A stretch of DNA of 41,710 bases from NCBI GenBank assembly GCA_010015585.1, contig ML975153.1; one strand, 5' to 3'. The translations under genes and the position numbers were made by a program. Of the stretch, positions 1 through 13,423 are shown in pieces; the stretch's first letter is position 1, and each line of letters begins with the position of its first letter. This DNA comes from Eremomyces bilateralis CBS 781.70. Lineage: Eukaryota. The notes beneath the pieces are model-generated. The model was not told where the DNA came from. It did no database searches and saw only the letters and a list, made by a program, of their open reading frames with translations.

Positions 1-1638
1 CAGTGGCATGTACACTGCAACCTTGTGTTCATCCGGGAAGTAAACCTGGCCCACCATGCTTCGCTCAAAGAACGCTTTTTCAGCCTCAAACTCTGCTGTT
101 CGAGAGTGCTCCAGTGCCTTGTGGAACCGTCCGGCGCGCAGCTCGTTGCAGGCAGAATCGAGGTGCTTGAGGGTGAGGGTGACGGAATGGAGTACACTAT
201 TCGGTATCGCGATGGATTGCAAGGTGTCGGTTAGACGCGCGAGCGAGCCAAGGGTAGAGGATGCGGAGAAGATGAGCGATGCAGCATGGATGCGGGTAAG
301 CGTGGAGATGCGAAGCGGAAGAGAGTGGGGAGACTCGGGCAGGCCTAGCAGCGACAGTAAATGCGATGAAAACGTTGCCATGGCGGATTCTAGGTCGGGC
401 ATTGAGAGCATCGATGACCGTGATTCATGACCGTCCTGAGCTGAATGGTCTGTGTTAAGGATGAGTACGCTTCCCCATTGAGGTATAAGCCAGCTTGAGG
501 CACCACTGCCTTCGACCACCAACGGCTGTTTACCCGCTTCGGGCACGTATACAACGAAGTTGATGGTCGGTCCAGCTCCGATACTAGGACTGAGGGGCCA
601 TTCAGCGGCATTAATGAACCCACTCAAGTCCTCATTTCGAAGGATCCAGGCGCCCTTTTCTACGTCAAACTGGGGTTCGCGGATTGAGCGTGCCAACGTT
701 GCGTAGAGTTGCACTTGAGTGTCGACCGTGAAATTACTAATGGATGAGAGTGTAGCAAGCAAAGGTGAAATGTACTCCTCCAAAGCTTTCTCGATCTCCC
801 AAGAGGATGGAGTGGCCGTCGGTGTGAAGAGGGAAAAGGTGAGATGGTATGTCGGAGCATACTTGAATGCTCGATTATTGCGACGAGCAATGAGCTCTGC
901 TGACTGCTGTGAGATTGCCTTCCTTTGCATATTCTCAAGAGCAGGCTGAGATGCGAAAAGAGCAGAAAGCATGGTTTGCTCGGCCTCGAAAGTCTTTTGC
1001 AATTCATGGGCTATAAATGTAGCCAAGGGGGAGGAGGTAGATGTTGTCGATGGCATTTGGGCCGATGAAAAGTATACCTCGAGTGTCGGCTCATGCTGGA
1101 GAAGGACCGCTCGCGGAGAAGCCGCTTCATCTTCAGGTTTCAATCGGAGTATCATTGTCTCACGATTCTCGTCCTGGGTAATCGAAGCCGAGCCAGGGGG
1201 TTGCGAGTCTTGGGCGAGTCGGAGATGGTGAGCGGCGAATTCGTTCATGTCATCCAAGTAATGCTGAGTTGTTCGAATCAGGTGTTCGACGTCCGATGCA
1301 GGCAGATTAGGAGCCTCCACGGATATGCTGAGAGGGAACACTGGCTTGCAGATCTATTTATCGATTTAGGGTCAACAGTGTCCTTCGATGATCTGGCTAT
1401 GAAGGATTACCTTGCCGTCTGCCCAGTCGTGCATCTCCCTCAGCGGAAGGCTCGCACGGTATATATTCGTCGTTTTCCACCATGCTGGAAGCCCGAAGAG
1501 GATCACAATGGCCCAGAATGACGCGACAACCGCCCTTCGGACATTAATAGAAGATGTGGCTTCTGGAGGAGGCTTCTTCGTTCCGCTTGGGTACGCCTCG
1601 GCGGCCGCTAACTTTGAGGATTCCGAGCCCGTCGGCAT
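1..1638 (-). CDS. GPI17: GPI transamidase subunit PIG-S/Gpi17 (3' end runs off the window)
   Basis: N-terminal TM segment RRAVVASFWAIVILFGLPAWWKTTNIYRASLP. After an intron at about 1410-1354 the frame reads ICKPVFPL..LIRTTQHYLDDMNEFAAHHLRL..LKYAPTYHLTFSLF..SNFTVDTQVQLYA, typical of fungal PIG-S. Confidence 0.9.
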
Positions 1639-2174
1639 GACTAGCTGAAGGAAGGATATTTGTTTTGAGGATGGAGAGTTCCACCCACATTCAGGTCCCG
1701 TTATCGTTTCCGGAGACGGAGATGTGTCGTTTTGAAGCTTGAACTTTGTAAACAGGGAAAGTCTGGGATTGGACGGATGGAGCGCCGACAGCTTGATGGA
1801 CCCCTGGCAGACAGAGGTGCGGCACAGCCACTCCTGAGAAATTCTTTAGCCACAAATACCTCTATAGGACTGTGGAGATCCACGCGTCAGCACATCCGGA
1901 ATTCCAGATGCATCAATAACACAATAGGTGATGATTTAACTCTGTTATTCAGTATATAAATTCGCACATGGTCAGGGAAAGGTGATTATATTATAAGCGT
2001 GTTGTACTATGCTATGTTTCTATTTCGAGGATATGACCACTGTTTTCTAGGATACAGTGATATCACCTGTCTCTTCCTCAATGGTCTGTATCTAAGTAGA
2101 TTATAATCGACCTAATGTAGGGTGCGCAGACCGTATAGGGACCACCGCTGGAAGATTTCCTATGCAGTTGATCC

Positions 2175-4400
2175 TTACGCTCGGCTCCGGATCTTTCGTA
2201 GCTTGTGATACGCCGTCATTGCATGGTCCATGATGTCTTTCACTGCCGCAGGATCGAGTTTGGCCCGTCGGTCGAACGAGTATACACCGTTGACCTCCTG
2301 CTCAATATCTGTCCTACAGGAGCCTGTGTCAGCGTTGCGATCAACCGGTTCATCGAAAGAACTTACAATTGGGTGTAAACTAGCCCGCAGCACACCCCCG
2401 GTTCCACCACCGCCATGACTAGGTTCCTCACGCGCTTGAGCAGGTCTTGCGGATCACTGGCAGTGGTATAACCCCAGTCTTTCGCGGTGGCTCCAGGGAC
2501 CCCCTCGGCGGGTTGGATGTTCACTCCGCCAAACTCGGAGCAAATTACCGGAGCACCATCTTCATGCTTGGATCCCTTGTCGCCACCGGACTGGTTGACG
2601 ATCGGGTCAAGGAAACAGGGCTTCTTCTGGGTGATGATGTTCTCCACTGACGCGCTCCGCACCGCGAGCTCGGCCGCATCGTCATAGTCGTGGTACGTGG
2701 TAAGGTCAGTCAGCACATGCTCCCAGCCGCAATTGTCATTGATCGGTCGAGTCGGATCGAGGGTCCTAGATTGCGTCAGTCTCCCCGAGTTTCTCTGGAT
2801 GACTGAATCAATAGTTCATGCTTACTTCGTCATGTAGTAGAGCGCTCGAATATGATTGCGTTGCTCCACGTTGTTCGGCAAGTCCGTATATCCCCAGCTT
2901 TCGTTGACGGGCGTCCACGCGACCACGCACGGATGATTGATGTCTCGCTTGACGCATTCAATCCACTCCTGGTCGAACCGTTCCACGTATTTCTCGTCGA
3001 ACTCGTAGGCATTGGCAATCTCGCCCCAGACCAGGTAGCCAAGTTTGTCCGCCCAGTACAGGAACAGCGGATCTTCAACCTTCTGATGCTTGCGGCAGCC
3101 ATTGAATCCCATGTCTTTGGATAGTTGGACATCTTCTCGCAGGCTGGAGTGAACAGGGGGGGTCATTCCTGTCGCTGGCCAGTAGCCTTGGTCGAGAACG
3201 AGCGCTTGGAAATACGGCTCTCCGTTCAGTCGGAACGTTTCATCCCCTCGGGTCCACTCAATGGAACGCATCCCGGTGTGGGTTTCAACCTGGTCAATGA
3301 CGGCGTTCGAAGAATCGTATAGCCGGATCGTGATATCGTACAGGAACGGGTGCTCGGGAGACCAGACAGGGATATCGTTATGTAGATACTTCGGATTGTT
3401 CGGAAGCTCCGTACGAGGGAATCCTTGGGATATTTCCTCAAGCTGACCGGAATTTAGGCGGAGATTGAGAGTGCAGTTGACAACATCTCGGTCGCGAGGC
3501 AGCTGCACGGTCTCCGATGTCCGGATGACAGCACCCTGATAGCTCGCTTCAATCTGGATCGCATAAGGTTGAAGAGCAAGCTTTCCGACCACGCCAATCG
3601 TGGCATGCAGGTCGCCGCTCTCGATATCGTCCGCACGTAGGACGGTCCCCTCGCTGCTATTGGCAATCCGCACGGCGGGAACGCTTTCCAGCCAAACGTT
3701 CTGCCAGATTCCACTGGATGGCGTGTACCAAATGTTATCGGGCTCCGGCTTCCAATATTGCTTACCCCGCGGTTGCGTCAAGTCATACGGCGAATCTTTG
3801 ACGCGAATGACAACACGGTGCGGTTCTTCCCCGCCCTTCAGAGGGAGCGCGGGCGTGATGTCCACGTCGAAGGGGACATGTCCGCCGCGATGCGAGCCAA
3901 CGTAAAGGCCATTGACCCAAACGGTGGCCTCGTAGTCAACGGCGCCGAATCGCATCAAGGCATGGTTGCCCTTCCCCAGCTCTTCTGCCGTGCGGGGGTC
4001 GGTGATCTTGCGATCATACCATATGACCTCGTGCGCACTTTGATCATTGATACCCGACGCAGGAGTTTGGAACACGAACGGAACATTGATGGTGCGCTTT
4101 CCGCTATAGCTGGGGCTAGGATTGTGGGCGATGTGTTAGCCTCACGATCAAGGAAAGAGGACGAAAAATCCCGACTTACCTTTCGTACCAACGCTGGGAG
4201 AGACCGACATCTTTGTCGTCGAATTCGAAACCCCATTTCCCATTCAAAGTCACCCAATTGAGGCTCGTCCGCTGAAAATCCGGTCGAGGATAATACTCCG
4301 CCATCTTCTGGGACGGAGGGTGACCTTCCCCGCTCTCTGGAGCAGCCGTGGAACGGCGCTTCGAGAAAGACTTGAGCTTTTCAAACACTGGTGGACTCAT
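2175..4400 (-). CDS. Glycoside hydrolase family 2 protein, no obvious signal peptide; 4 exons
   Basis: Motifs YPRPDFQR, LNGKWGF, FGAVDYEATVWVNG, QPRGKQ, WYTPSSGIWQNVWLE, LDQGYWP, RKHQKVE, NESWG (acid/base), SEFGG (nucleophile), QLTDIEQEVNG. Introns at about 4179-4116, 2825-2766 and 2366-2314 restore one frame. Confidence 0.92.
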
Positions 4401-5380
4401 CTTAGCTGGCACGGAATGGTGTGAAAGTTGGAAAGAAGGATATTACGCACACTGGAACTTATACAGCTGGCAATTCCAAAGGGCGGGTCCGTCACTCCGT
4501 CATCGGTTGTGTTGCGTGTTGTTTGAGATGAAACTGGTAGCTGATCCGCAAGGTCCCATAGTCCCATTTTAAGATGCGGAGATTCATGAAGCTAAGAGTC
4601 TTATTAATCGATTCGCCGGTTCTCAAGGTCGGTTCCAACTTAAATTCAACCACCTGGGCACGGATATCACGATTATCGAAGGGATCACAATTATTTCGCT
4701 GGGTGAATCTACCCGTTGGCGAAGGACTAGAGAAGGTGTTCCAGCATCGACATGTGGATGGCACCGTACAACCAGATCTGACGTGGACTTCTTTCGACGA
4801 CTAGCTGCTGTCCGACGAGATGAAGATGAACATTTAAAGTAATCATAATTAGTGGGTTATGACAAACCGCAACATCGATGCTGGTGCTTATGAGATCTCG
4901 AGAAGGAAGCAAACCTAATGTGGGATCTTCTTAGGGACGGTATTCAAGCACTCGTTCAGCTGACTTGAGCACACATCGCTGAAACCATTACGGAACCAGA
5001 GCTTAGATCGGGTCACGATGGTAGTCTGTATGCTAAGGATATTGAATATTATGACTGCGACGATAAAAAGCGGTGTGGGCGCAGTGATACCTTTGGTAGA
5101 TGCCATCAAACGGAGATTTACAGGAGGTTACGATAAAGCTGTCCATTGGCACCATTGGTACCTTAGAAATCCGAATGAAACCGATGGAATTTCTGCATAT
5201 CTATGGTATTTCCCACGAGGAACAACCAACATGAACACAGCACTAATCTCGGCCGGAAAATTTCACACAAACAACGTGATCCAAACGAAGAATTGCCGAT
5301 CATTTTCAAAGGGTATCAAATTACATCCGTTCTTCCACTTCATCCTTTCCATTACTACATCCGTGGACCAGGCCATCAAA

Positions 5381-8275
5381 TCACCACACCACCTCCTTCT
5401 CCTCCCCCCACACCGGCATCGCGCGGACCTGCTTCCCCTCCACATCGTCCCACGCATTACCCTCCTTATCCTCCAACGTGCCCCATTGCACCTTCCCCTT
5501 TGCGTCCACCCACGCCCCGCGGTTCGTCACCTCCGCCCACTCCCCCACCTTCGCTTGGCACTTCTCCACTTCCTGGTCGCTCACACCGTTGGCGTCGCGC
5601 GGGATCCAGACGACTGGTCGCCCGTGATTGATGGCCGGGTGGTAGAAGGCGGTGCGCGCGAGGTGCGCCGGGTAGGCGGGCACGGGCGACTGGAAGAGCG
5701 GGTCGAGCGTCGCGGCGATGGAGGCGCTGGAGATAGATTTGGGAAAGAAGAAGGAGTGGATGCGGCCTTTGAGACCGGTGGGTGGGAGGGGGCCGGCGGC
5801 GAGGTGGTTGATGTGCGTGGGGTGTGCGCCGATGGAGGCGGGGGTGATGGCGCCGGTGGCAGGCGGGGTGGCTTCCTTGACGACGATGGGGAGACCGTCA
5901 GCAGTGGAATCCTCTCCGTTGATGGGACCGCTGTTGACGGGACCGCTGTCGGTTGAGGGGCCACCGTGGCCGCGCTCGAGATCAGAAGTAGTGGAGACGG
6001 GGTATTCCTCGGCGGACTCGAAGAGGAGGGTACGTGGCAGGGAGGACTTGAGAGCGGAGAAGGTGCTGCGCATGGAGATGTGGTAGAGCACGGTACCGAC
6101 AAGGAGGATGATGACGACGACAAGCGGGCCGCTGCCGGAGGGCTGGTCGCTGGCTTTGATGGCGAGGAGGCCGATGAGACAGAGCTCGAAGATGTAGAGA
6201 CCGACGAAGAGATGTTGCAGGGCTTGCGCGTAGGCGGCACCTTTGGTATCGATCTTCGCGTCGTAGACGTACAGGAAGTTGTACCGATAAGCAAAGTATA
6301 GCGTGCCGAAGCCGATGGCGGCGAAGCCGAGGACCAAGGGCGCGATGCAGGAATAGGAGATGATAATGACGCCGAAGTTGGTGAAGACAGGGTACGAAGA
6401 GCCCCACGCAATACTGGGCATGATCAGGTAGCGGTTGAACTTTTTGCGCGGAGTCTTGTCGAGGAAGGGATACAGGACCACGGAGAGAGCCAGGCTGACG
6501 ATTTGGAGAAGGTAGCCGGTGGAATTGGCCACACCGTACAGAATGAAGTACGAAATGTAAAAGTTGGACGCGGCGGGCAAGTTCTCCGCAAGCAGGGGGA
6601 TTGCGCTCGCGGGTTTCGAAACGATTTGGCTGGCCACGGCAGTTGCGCCGGAGGTAAAGGTCGTGACGAGGAAGACCTGGATGACTTGGAAGGCAAAGTA
6701 CCAGTTTTGGGTCTGGAGTTCCACTTCGGACAGGGTGACAGCTCCCGCAATTTTGGACAGTACTAGATCGAATCAGCGCTGTACGTTGTGCATGAGCATG
6801 AGTACTTACATCGGCAAATGACGGGGACAAGAGACATGAGCACTGCCAACAACACGACTGGCAACAGGCCGGTGACAACACCGAGAATGACGTCTGGGAT
6901 ATCATTGATCCATCGTAAGAACGCTACGTTTTCTGTGAGGTAGTTGACGTTGCTGATGATACCGACCAGGGCAACCGGGATGGCCCAGAAAATAATCAAA
7001 GCGCAAATGGCAGCCGTGACAATGATGTACCGGACCGTTCGCTGATACGAAGGCATGCTCAGGTTACTCCAGATGATATCGTCCGGGGAAATGCCCCATT
7101 GCCTGGGCTCCATCTGTTTCGCAACATGATGAGTAACCATGCCGAAGGCGGCCTGGGCAGCAATCTGGCTATCAAACTCGATGAAGACGGCAGGTTGCTT
7201 CTTGACATCTCCGGTAATACGACTCTGGACATCGGTCTCAATGACCGGGACCAGCTCAGAGATCTGCTGACAGGACCAGTCGATGGTATCGACTTTGTGT
7301 CCGATGAGAGGCTTCAAGCGATGGGTCGGGCGATCCTTGCCTTTGGTGATCAGGGTCGTTTCGGCACCCTCGAGCTTGAAAACCGCCTTATCCAGATCCC
7401 CGACTTTCTCTTCGAGTTTCTTGCAGTCGGTCGCGAACCAGATATTTTTGATAAGGGGGAAGATAGCACGCAACTTGGCCTCATCGAGGTAGCTTTCCGG
7501 AACGGAAGTGAACAGGACAGTGCGGGAGGAGATGCGGCTGGAGTTCCATGGGGTCAGGAGATATGCTTGACGGAGGTTGATGAAGTAGACCGTCTCCCGA
7601 GTGATGAGGAAGAGCACGAAACCTGTTGTCCGTCAGATTTGTACCATTGTCGGGAAGAAAACGCGAAAACCTACCGACGAAGAGCCATGCGCATCCTGCG
7701 TGCGCCCAAAATCGGTTCGCGTTCACGACATTACCAAAGTTGAGGATATCCAACTGCTGTCTCCCGCCGCCGCCGGTGGCATTGACGGGGAAAAGCACCG
7801 GCCACGTGATGCACATCCCCACGACGCACATGACGCCCATGATCTTAAACCATCGGACATAGAGGTACGAATCGAGCGACTGGTGATTCAAGATGAACAG
7901 GTCTTGCGTCTTGGTGACGTCGGTGATCCACGAGAAAAAGGACCATTTGGACGTCGGGGTCCGCTGGTCTTTCCGGAGCGCATGGTTGTACGTACGCGGG
8001 CGGTACAACTGCACATAACTCTTGCGGGCAATGGCGAAGATTACGAGATAGAGGACCGCAAGGGCGAGAGTGGGAATGAGCGTCGAGATGAAAGCGGAGA
8101 GAGACGAAGACTCAGGTTGGTCGCGATTTTCGCCTGGTTGGCCGGATTGCTGCGCGAGATGTCAGCTTTAATGAATTGTAGCGATGCGGTTGACCACGAC
8201 TGCGGCCACGGATTGTTTGGATACAGTCACGGTCGCACGAGGACGTACCCGAGCAATCAAGGCGTGGAAAGACAT
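5381..8275 (-). CDS. CSC1/OSCA/TMEM63 (DUF221, RSN1/PHM7-like) calcium-permeable stress-gated channel
   Basis: Motifs YRPRT, SLDSYLYVRW, WPVLFPVNATGGGG, SSRTVLFTSVP, RPTHRL..GHKVDTIDW, PDDIIWSNL, QVIQVFLVTT, LAENLPAASNFYISY, YRYNFLYVY. First exon MSFHALIAR at 8275-8249, intron to 8150; further introns near 7670-7624 and 6809-6764. Confidence 0.93.
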
Positions 8276-8569
8276 GTTTCCAAGGGCGTCATGCGCCAGG
8301 AGGTTGAACTACGTTAGCAATATCGACAGCGATGGGTATAGTGTCAATTGAAAAAATCCGAAAAGGATAGAAGACGCTGGAGAAGATGTTGATGAAGAGT
8401 GAAGAAAGAAAGAGAGTAGGAGGAGGGGAAGTGGTGTAACCCGTCTCTTCACTTGTGATGTTGTTTGCTCCCGTGTGTTGGAGAATCAGTGGATGAAAAT
8501 CTGATGGCGTCAAATCTCCAAGGGTTAGTTGCTGTTAAACAAGCCCCAGACAGGGGAGATTCCATTGTA

Positions 8570-8705
8570 CAGGCCCTGGTCACGAACGGGCTGCCCCCCC
8601 ACCCCCAAGCCTGCGCCATACATACTATGTACAATTGTACATACAATGGAGGTTGAGTTGATAGAAGAAACAGGGGTGTGCCAGCCCGTTCGTGACCAGG
8701 GCCTG
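8570..8705. mobile_element. 136-bp MITE, Tc1/mariner-pogo type, non-autonomous
   Basis: Perfect 24-bp terminal inverted repeats CAGGCCCTGGTCACGAACGGGCTG (8570-8593 and 8682-8705), with TA on both flanks (8568-8569, 8706-8707). No credible coding capacity. Confidence 0.88.
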
Positions 8706-9942
8706 TACAGTGTGCCGCTGGCAATCCAGTTTTTCTAGAGCTTTTCTTGAGCTTTTCTTGTTTACTGACGGGGGGACGAATGACGATCGATTACACTTAT
8801 TTACACCACTGCACCCGGGCCCAAGCTTTCCTCTCCGTTTCCCGCTTGCAGGCAATAAAGTCGACCGATATGGCGATGGTTAGGGGTGATCCCAGCCGCC
8901 GATCGGGAGCAGATCTTTATCGATCCTTCGGCTTCGATACGATCAGCTGGACATGGATCTTTGCACTTCGAAGATTCATATCATCATGGACTCTCAAGTC
9001 TGAACAGTGAATACAGCATTCCGTCCTCATGTCATAACATTGCATTGGTGCCACAAACGTTCCCTGCTTTGGAGTTTGGACTGTCAGACACGTCTCATCG
9101 TCACCATGACCACATTCTGGAGTCTGTCTGGCTTCCATGGAAGCGGTGTAACATGAGCCTGCGTCTTGACAGTTTGAGAGTTAGGAATTGAGAGTTGAGA
9201 CACATCAAATACATATCTGGCGCTGCTGCAGCGACCGCCACCAGCAAAACTTTGCATTTTTCTCGTAAATCTAAGCCCACCGTCTCGGTTGGCGCTCCCA
9301 CACCAACCCCAGCAATCCACTGCCACGAATCACGATACGGTTGGCATGTCACCGTAGGCAGTCACATAATTTAGGGTTCGTCCAGTCTGATTTCAATTAT
9401 TTTAATTATTTCGTAGTTTGGTTAGGCTTTCTAAAAAGACAGTTGAATCTACCTATCAAACTCAGTTCTCGCTAGTAGTCGTGCCTCTTATGAGTGACAT
9501 GACAGCGTCTGAATCACGATCGGCGAGCTTGAGTGGCACGTCAACCCCAATCTGAAACCCCTTTTGGTCTAATGGACGCCACGCATTGCAGGTCACCGCG
9601 ACGGGGACACTCCATTGCGACTCGTGAAAATAATGGAGGAAATAATCACCACGAGTGCAGCTCAGCTCTGCATGTTGGGCACTGTAGTAATTAGGTAATA
9701 GTTAGGACAAACATCAAGCAGTCTTGGAAGGTTGCAGGTTGAAGGGAAGGACAACAGCCATTCGAGCCGATGGTCAGATGGAGAATCATAATTAATGATG
9801 ATCTCGTTACTATCTACTTCCCATCTTCTACGCTGTATTCGTTTATCCGTTCTCGCTATACCCTACGCCAGGCGTTAATAAAGCGATGTCGATGCCTTCT
9901 ATGCAAATGCTCGCGCACTCTTCCATCTTCCCCAGCCTCTCA

Positions 9943-12376
9943 TCAAATGTACTCCCTCTCCGCAAAACTGCGAATCATCCCCTCCGGCGTCGCGTCATAC
10001 TCCCGCAACTCCACCTTCCCATCTGGCCCCACCACCGTGTTCGCCTGCACGAACACCTTCCGCGGCGTCTTCTTCCTCAGCACCGCCGGCCGCACCGTCT
10101 CCGCATACCACCCGCTCACCCCCGTGATCCCCTCGTACATTTTTGTCCCACTCTCGATGTCCGCTGTGCTCTTATACACGTGTAGCTCCTGCAGGTACTT
10201 CTCGACCGCGGGTCGCCCGTGCGACAGAATCTTCGACCGCTCGATCCGCACCGTCAGGTCTGAGAGGTCGGCGGCGGTGTGGTCGAGCGACGCGAACTCC
10301 GGGCCCGCGTTCAGGAAGGTTTGCAGGATGGAGAACCGCGCTTGCATGTGCGGTTGGCCCCATTTCTTGCTCTTGGGGTCCCAAAACTCGAGCGCCGTGA
10401 TGCCTGCGCGCGCCATGGTGAGGTACGCCGCGTAGAGGATGTCACCGGCGGGTCCGTCGATGTCGATGCTGCCGTCGCCAAAGCCGAAGATCGAGAGGAC
10501 GTTGAAGTCGCAGCAGAGCGCCATCGCGACGCACTCGGCGCGGCATTCTTCGTAGCTGCCGGCAATCGCGCCGAAGACGCCCGACCACGTCTGCCCGGGC
10601 TTGTACCAGGTGGTGATAGGCTTCCCGGTGAGTGGGCTGATGGGCGGATTGGAATGGTCGAAGTTGTAGGTGCCAGGCGCAGTCTCTTGCAATAGCTTGC
10701 CGCAGCCGTGGCCGAGGAGCTCATGAAGTCCGACTTGCACCTCGAAGGCGGCGTCGCGGCAGCGAGTGAAGACATCGAGATCCGATTCCTTGATGAAAGG
10801 GATCGGCTCGTTCGGGGCTTTGGCGCCAAGAACGTTGCCTAAAGAGACGTTCTTGAAGCCTTCCGTTTGACGGACTGTATGGTGTTAGTATTGCATACAC
10901 ATGCGGATAGTATACTTAAGGTCGACTGACTATCGTCGTAGTTCGGGATGTTGATCCCCGCAGGAATTCCACTCCCGGCAAAGGTAAGGACCTCTAATGA
11001 CGTGAAGTCTGGCGCAAGGAATTTGTCCTTCTCGAAGTCTTTCGACCACGGAAGTTTGGGAATCAGACTTGGTGCGGATTCCACCAACTTTGCGAACGCC
11101 TGTGTCCGTTCCTGGTTGACCATGGCCACGAACCCTTCCCACTCGCCCTTCTGTCCATGCGGGTCTCGGTAGGTCTCGACGAATCCAATGTCGCTCTCTA
11201 CCATTGGTCCCTTGTCGCGAATCCAGAAACGCTGGCTTTCCTTGAACGCTTCAAGGGAACCGGTCTTGAATGACTTGACATACTGCTCATGCATCGACGC
11301 CTCGGTCGAGTTCAGAGCATTCTTCCGCGCGTTCTCCAATGCTTCTGCAATCATCCCCATCTCGACCGAATGGTCTCCATACACCAGCCTCAACTTCTTC
11401 CCCTGCAATTTCCCCTCCAGAACCCACTCCGACTCTTCGATATCCCGATCCCCTTTGGCCGGATCCTTCTGCTCCGATGCAATGAGCGCCTCGAACCCAT
11501 CCTGGACCTTCCGTAATCGCGTATTCTCCGGTAACAGCTTCTTCCCCTCGAGGAAATCACTCACAATCGTGATTTCCTCCTTCGTGATATTTGGGCTGTC
11601 CGGGTAATACGTCGTCACATGGCCTCCATCCGGATACCCCAAATGCATCACCTCCTCCGACTCCGCTCCGAATATCGCATCCTTGATCTTCGCATAGTGT
11701 TTCAGGGCCACCGGCGATATCGACGCCAGGGCAAAGAGCTGCTTCTGGCTGATGCGAGGCAGGAACTTCGAGTCGCCAAACGACTTGAAGTTCCCGGTGT
11801 TGCCGAGGAATTGCGCGGCGTAGTCGAGGAAGTGTTTGCGGTCGTCGTCGCTCAGTCCAGCGGTCTTCTGCGCCTTGATCCAGTCGCCGGCGCACGCGTG
11901 GTGGAGGGCGATGATGAAATCGTAGAGGGCTTCGGATTCGGGGGAGACCTGGCGGAGGACCACGCGGGTTCCGGCAAAGCTTGCGCTAGTACGAGTCAGT
12001 TTCTTACATTCGAGAGAAGGAGATGGTGGAGAGGTACATACACGGAAATGTAGTGAGCATAAAGCTTCTCCTGGTCACTCAATGCTTCGAAATGGGGACG
12101 GATCTGGAGCGGGACCACGCTCGGAGGGCTGTCCGCGAGGTAGTGCTGCAGAACATCCGGAGCGATTGGCATGGTTGCAGGTTTGGCTAGAGATATCTCT
12201 TGGGTGGGTTCTTGTCCAAATCTTGGAGTGGAATAGGATCGGTTCCAGAGAGAGAGGAATGGAGAGGGACTTTGGGTCGAATTTGGAGGATTCCCAATAC
12301 AACGTTGCAGTGGCAGTGGCAGCGGCAGTCGAGACAGGCGAGCTCTCATGAGAATGCGGGGTGTACTTATACTCAT
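9943..12376 (-). CDS. DPP3: Dipeptidyl peptidase III (peptidase M49); alternative start at 12172
   Basis: HELLGH zinc motif, EECRAE, GFVETYRDPHG, PAGINIPNYDD, WGQPHMQARF. Introns at about 12041-11986 and 10930-10875. Confidence 0.96.
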
Positions 12377-12879
12377 CGCTCTAAGAATAGTAGAATACTA
12401 CGTAGTACGCCTTTCATGTACCTGAGAGTCAGCTTCCAGCATGAGATGCAACTTCCACCATTAGTCGCCACCCGTCTCCAGCTGGCGGAGACTCGACCTT
12501 GTATTTACGATGGTTTATTACTGGCAGTGGGGAAGCGGGAGCCCCAGCGCATCCTAACTAGACTTGAGACTCCAGATATCCTGGCGTCAACCTCACCGTA
12601 CTGACTGAAACAGCAAAGGATACTCATATCCATCGAGCTTGTTAATATCATTGTCCTTATGGGCTAATAGACGCGTCGTGAGTCTTACAGTAGCGGTAGT
12701 GTTATCGTCGACGGGAGGTTAGGGAATTCCGTCCGCCTAGTACAAAAGAGAGAGGTCAACCACCACCACCCCGATACTCCGCATGTTAACAAAACGAGAG
12801 ATTCCAAGTCATACCTACCACCCTCTCTTCAGCTTCCACGGTGCGGTGTCCAATTGTTCATGACTTCGGGTTGGAAATT

Positions 12880-12896
12880 TGACTCATTGATGACTC
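12880..12896. promoter_or_regulatory. Tandem CpcA/Gcn4(AP-1)-like sites in the divergent DPP3/DUF2828 intergenic region
   Basis: TGACTCA at 12880-12886 followed by TGACTC at 12891-12896. Motif match only. Confidence 0.3.
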
Positions 12897-13423
12897 CTAC
12901 TCTGTACTACTCCATGTCTGAAAACATGGTCCAGGCTTGTCACATCGAACCAGTTACCAGCCGATATCCTTATCGATATTGAGATGTTGACCGACGGAAA
13001 TTGGGAGTCAATTCACGATGACGGAAGTACTTTCAGGGATTCAAATGCTTGCTTACTACTGTTGCCTGGTGCCGCAGTAGATTCGTCCTGGTTTCCCACT
13101 TCATAATTGGTCCCCCCCATGAACAGCGACTACCTACCTAGCTGCGGATATTATTACTCTTGAATCCTACTCACCGGATGGGCTCGAACGGGTGGGGCGG
13201 TCAGTCCCCGCTGGATAAATACAGACACCTGTGGATTCGATCTTTGGGCACTAATTATGAACTTATGGTCCGGTATTTAAACAAACGCCATTCCCCTCGA
13301 CTCCTGGGGAAGCTGGGTTCCTCGTGCTTGAGACCAGATGCATCGGGCATCACATCGGTAGATCTGGTTGGGTATCGGCACACAAAGGCGTTTCGCTATC
13401 GATAGACGTCCGGACTTTACAAA

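Noticed and set aside
5018..6905. Long alternative-frame and antisense ORFs of 276-312 aa
   Set aside because: They are shadows of the GC-rich channel exon, with low-complexity translations and no motifs.
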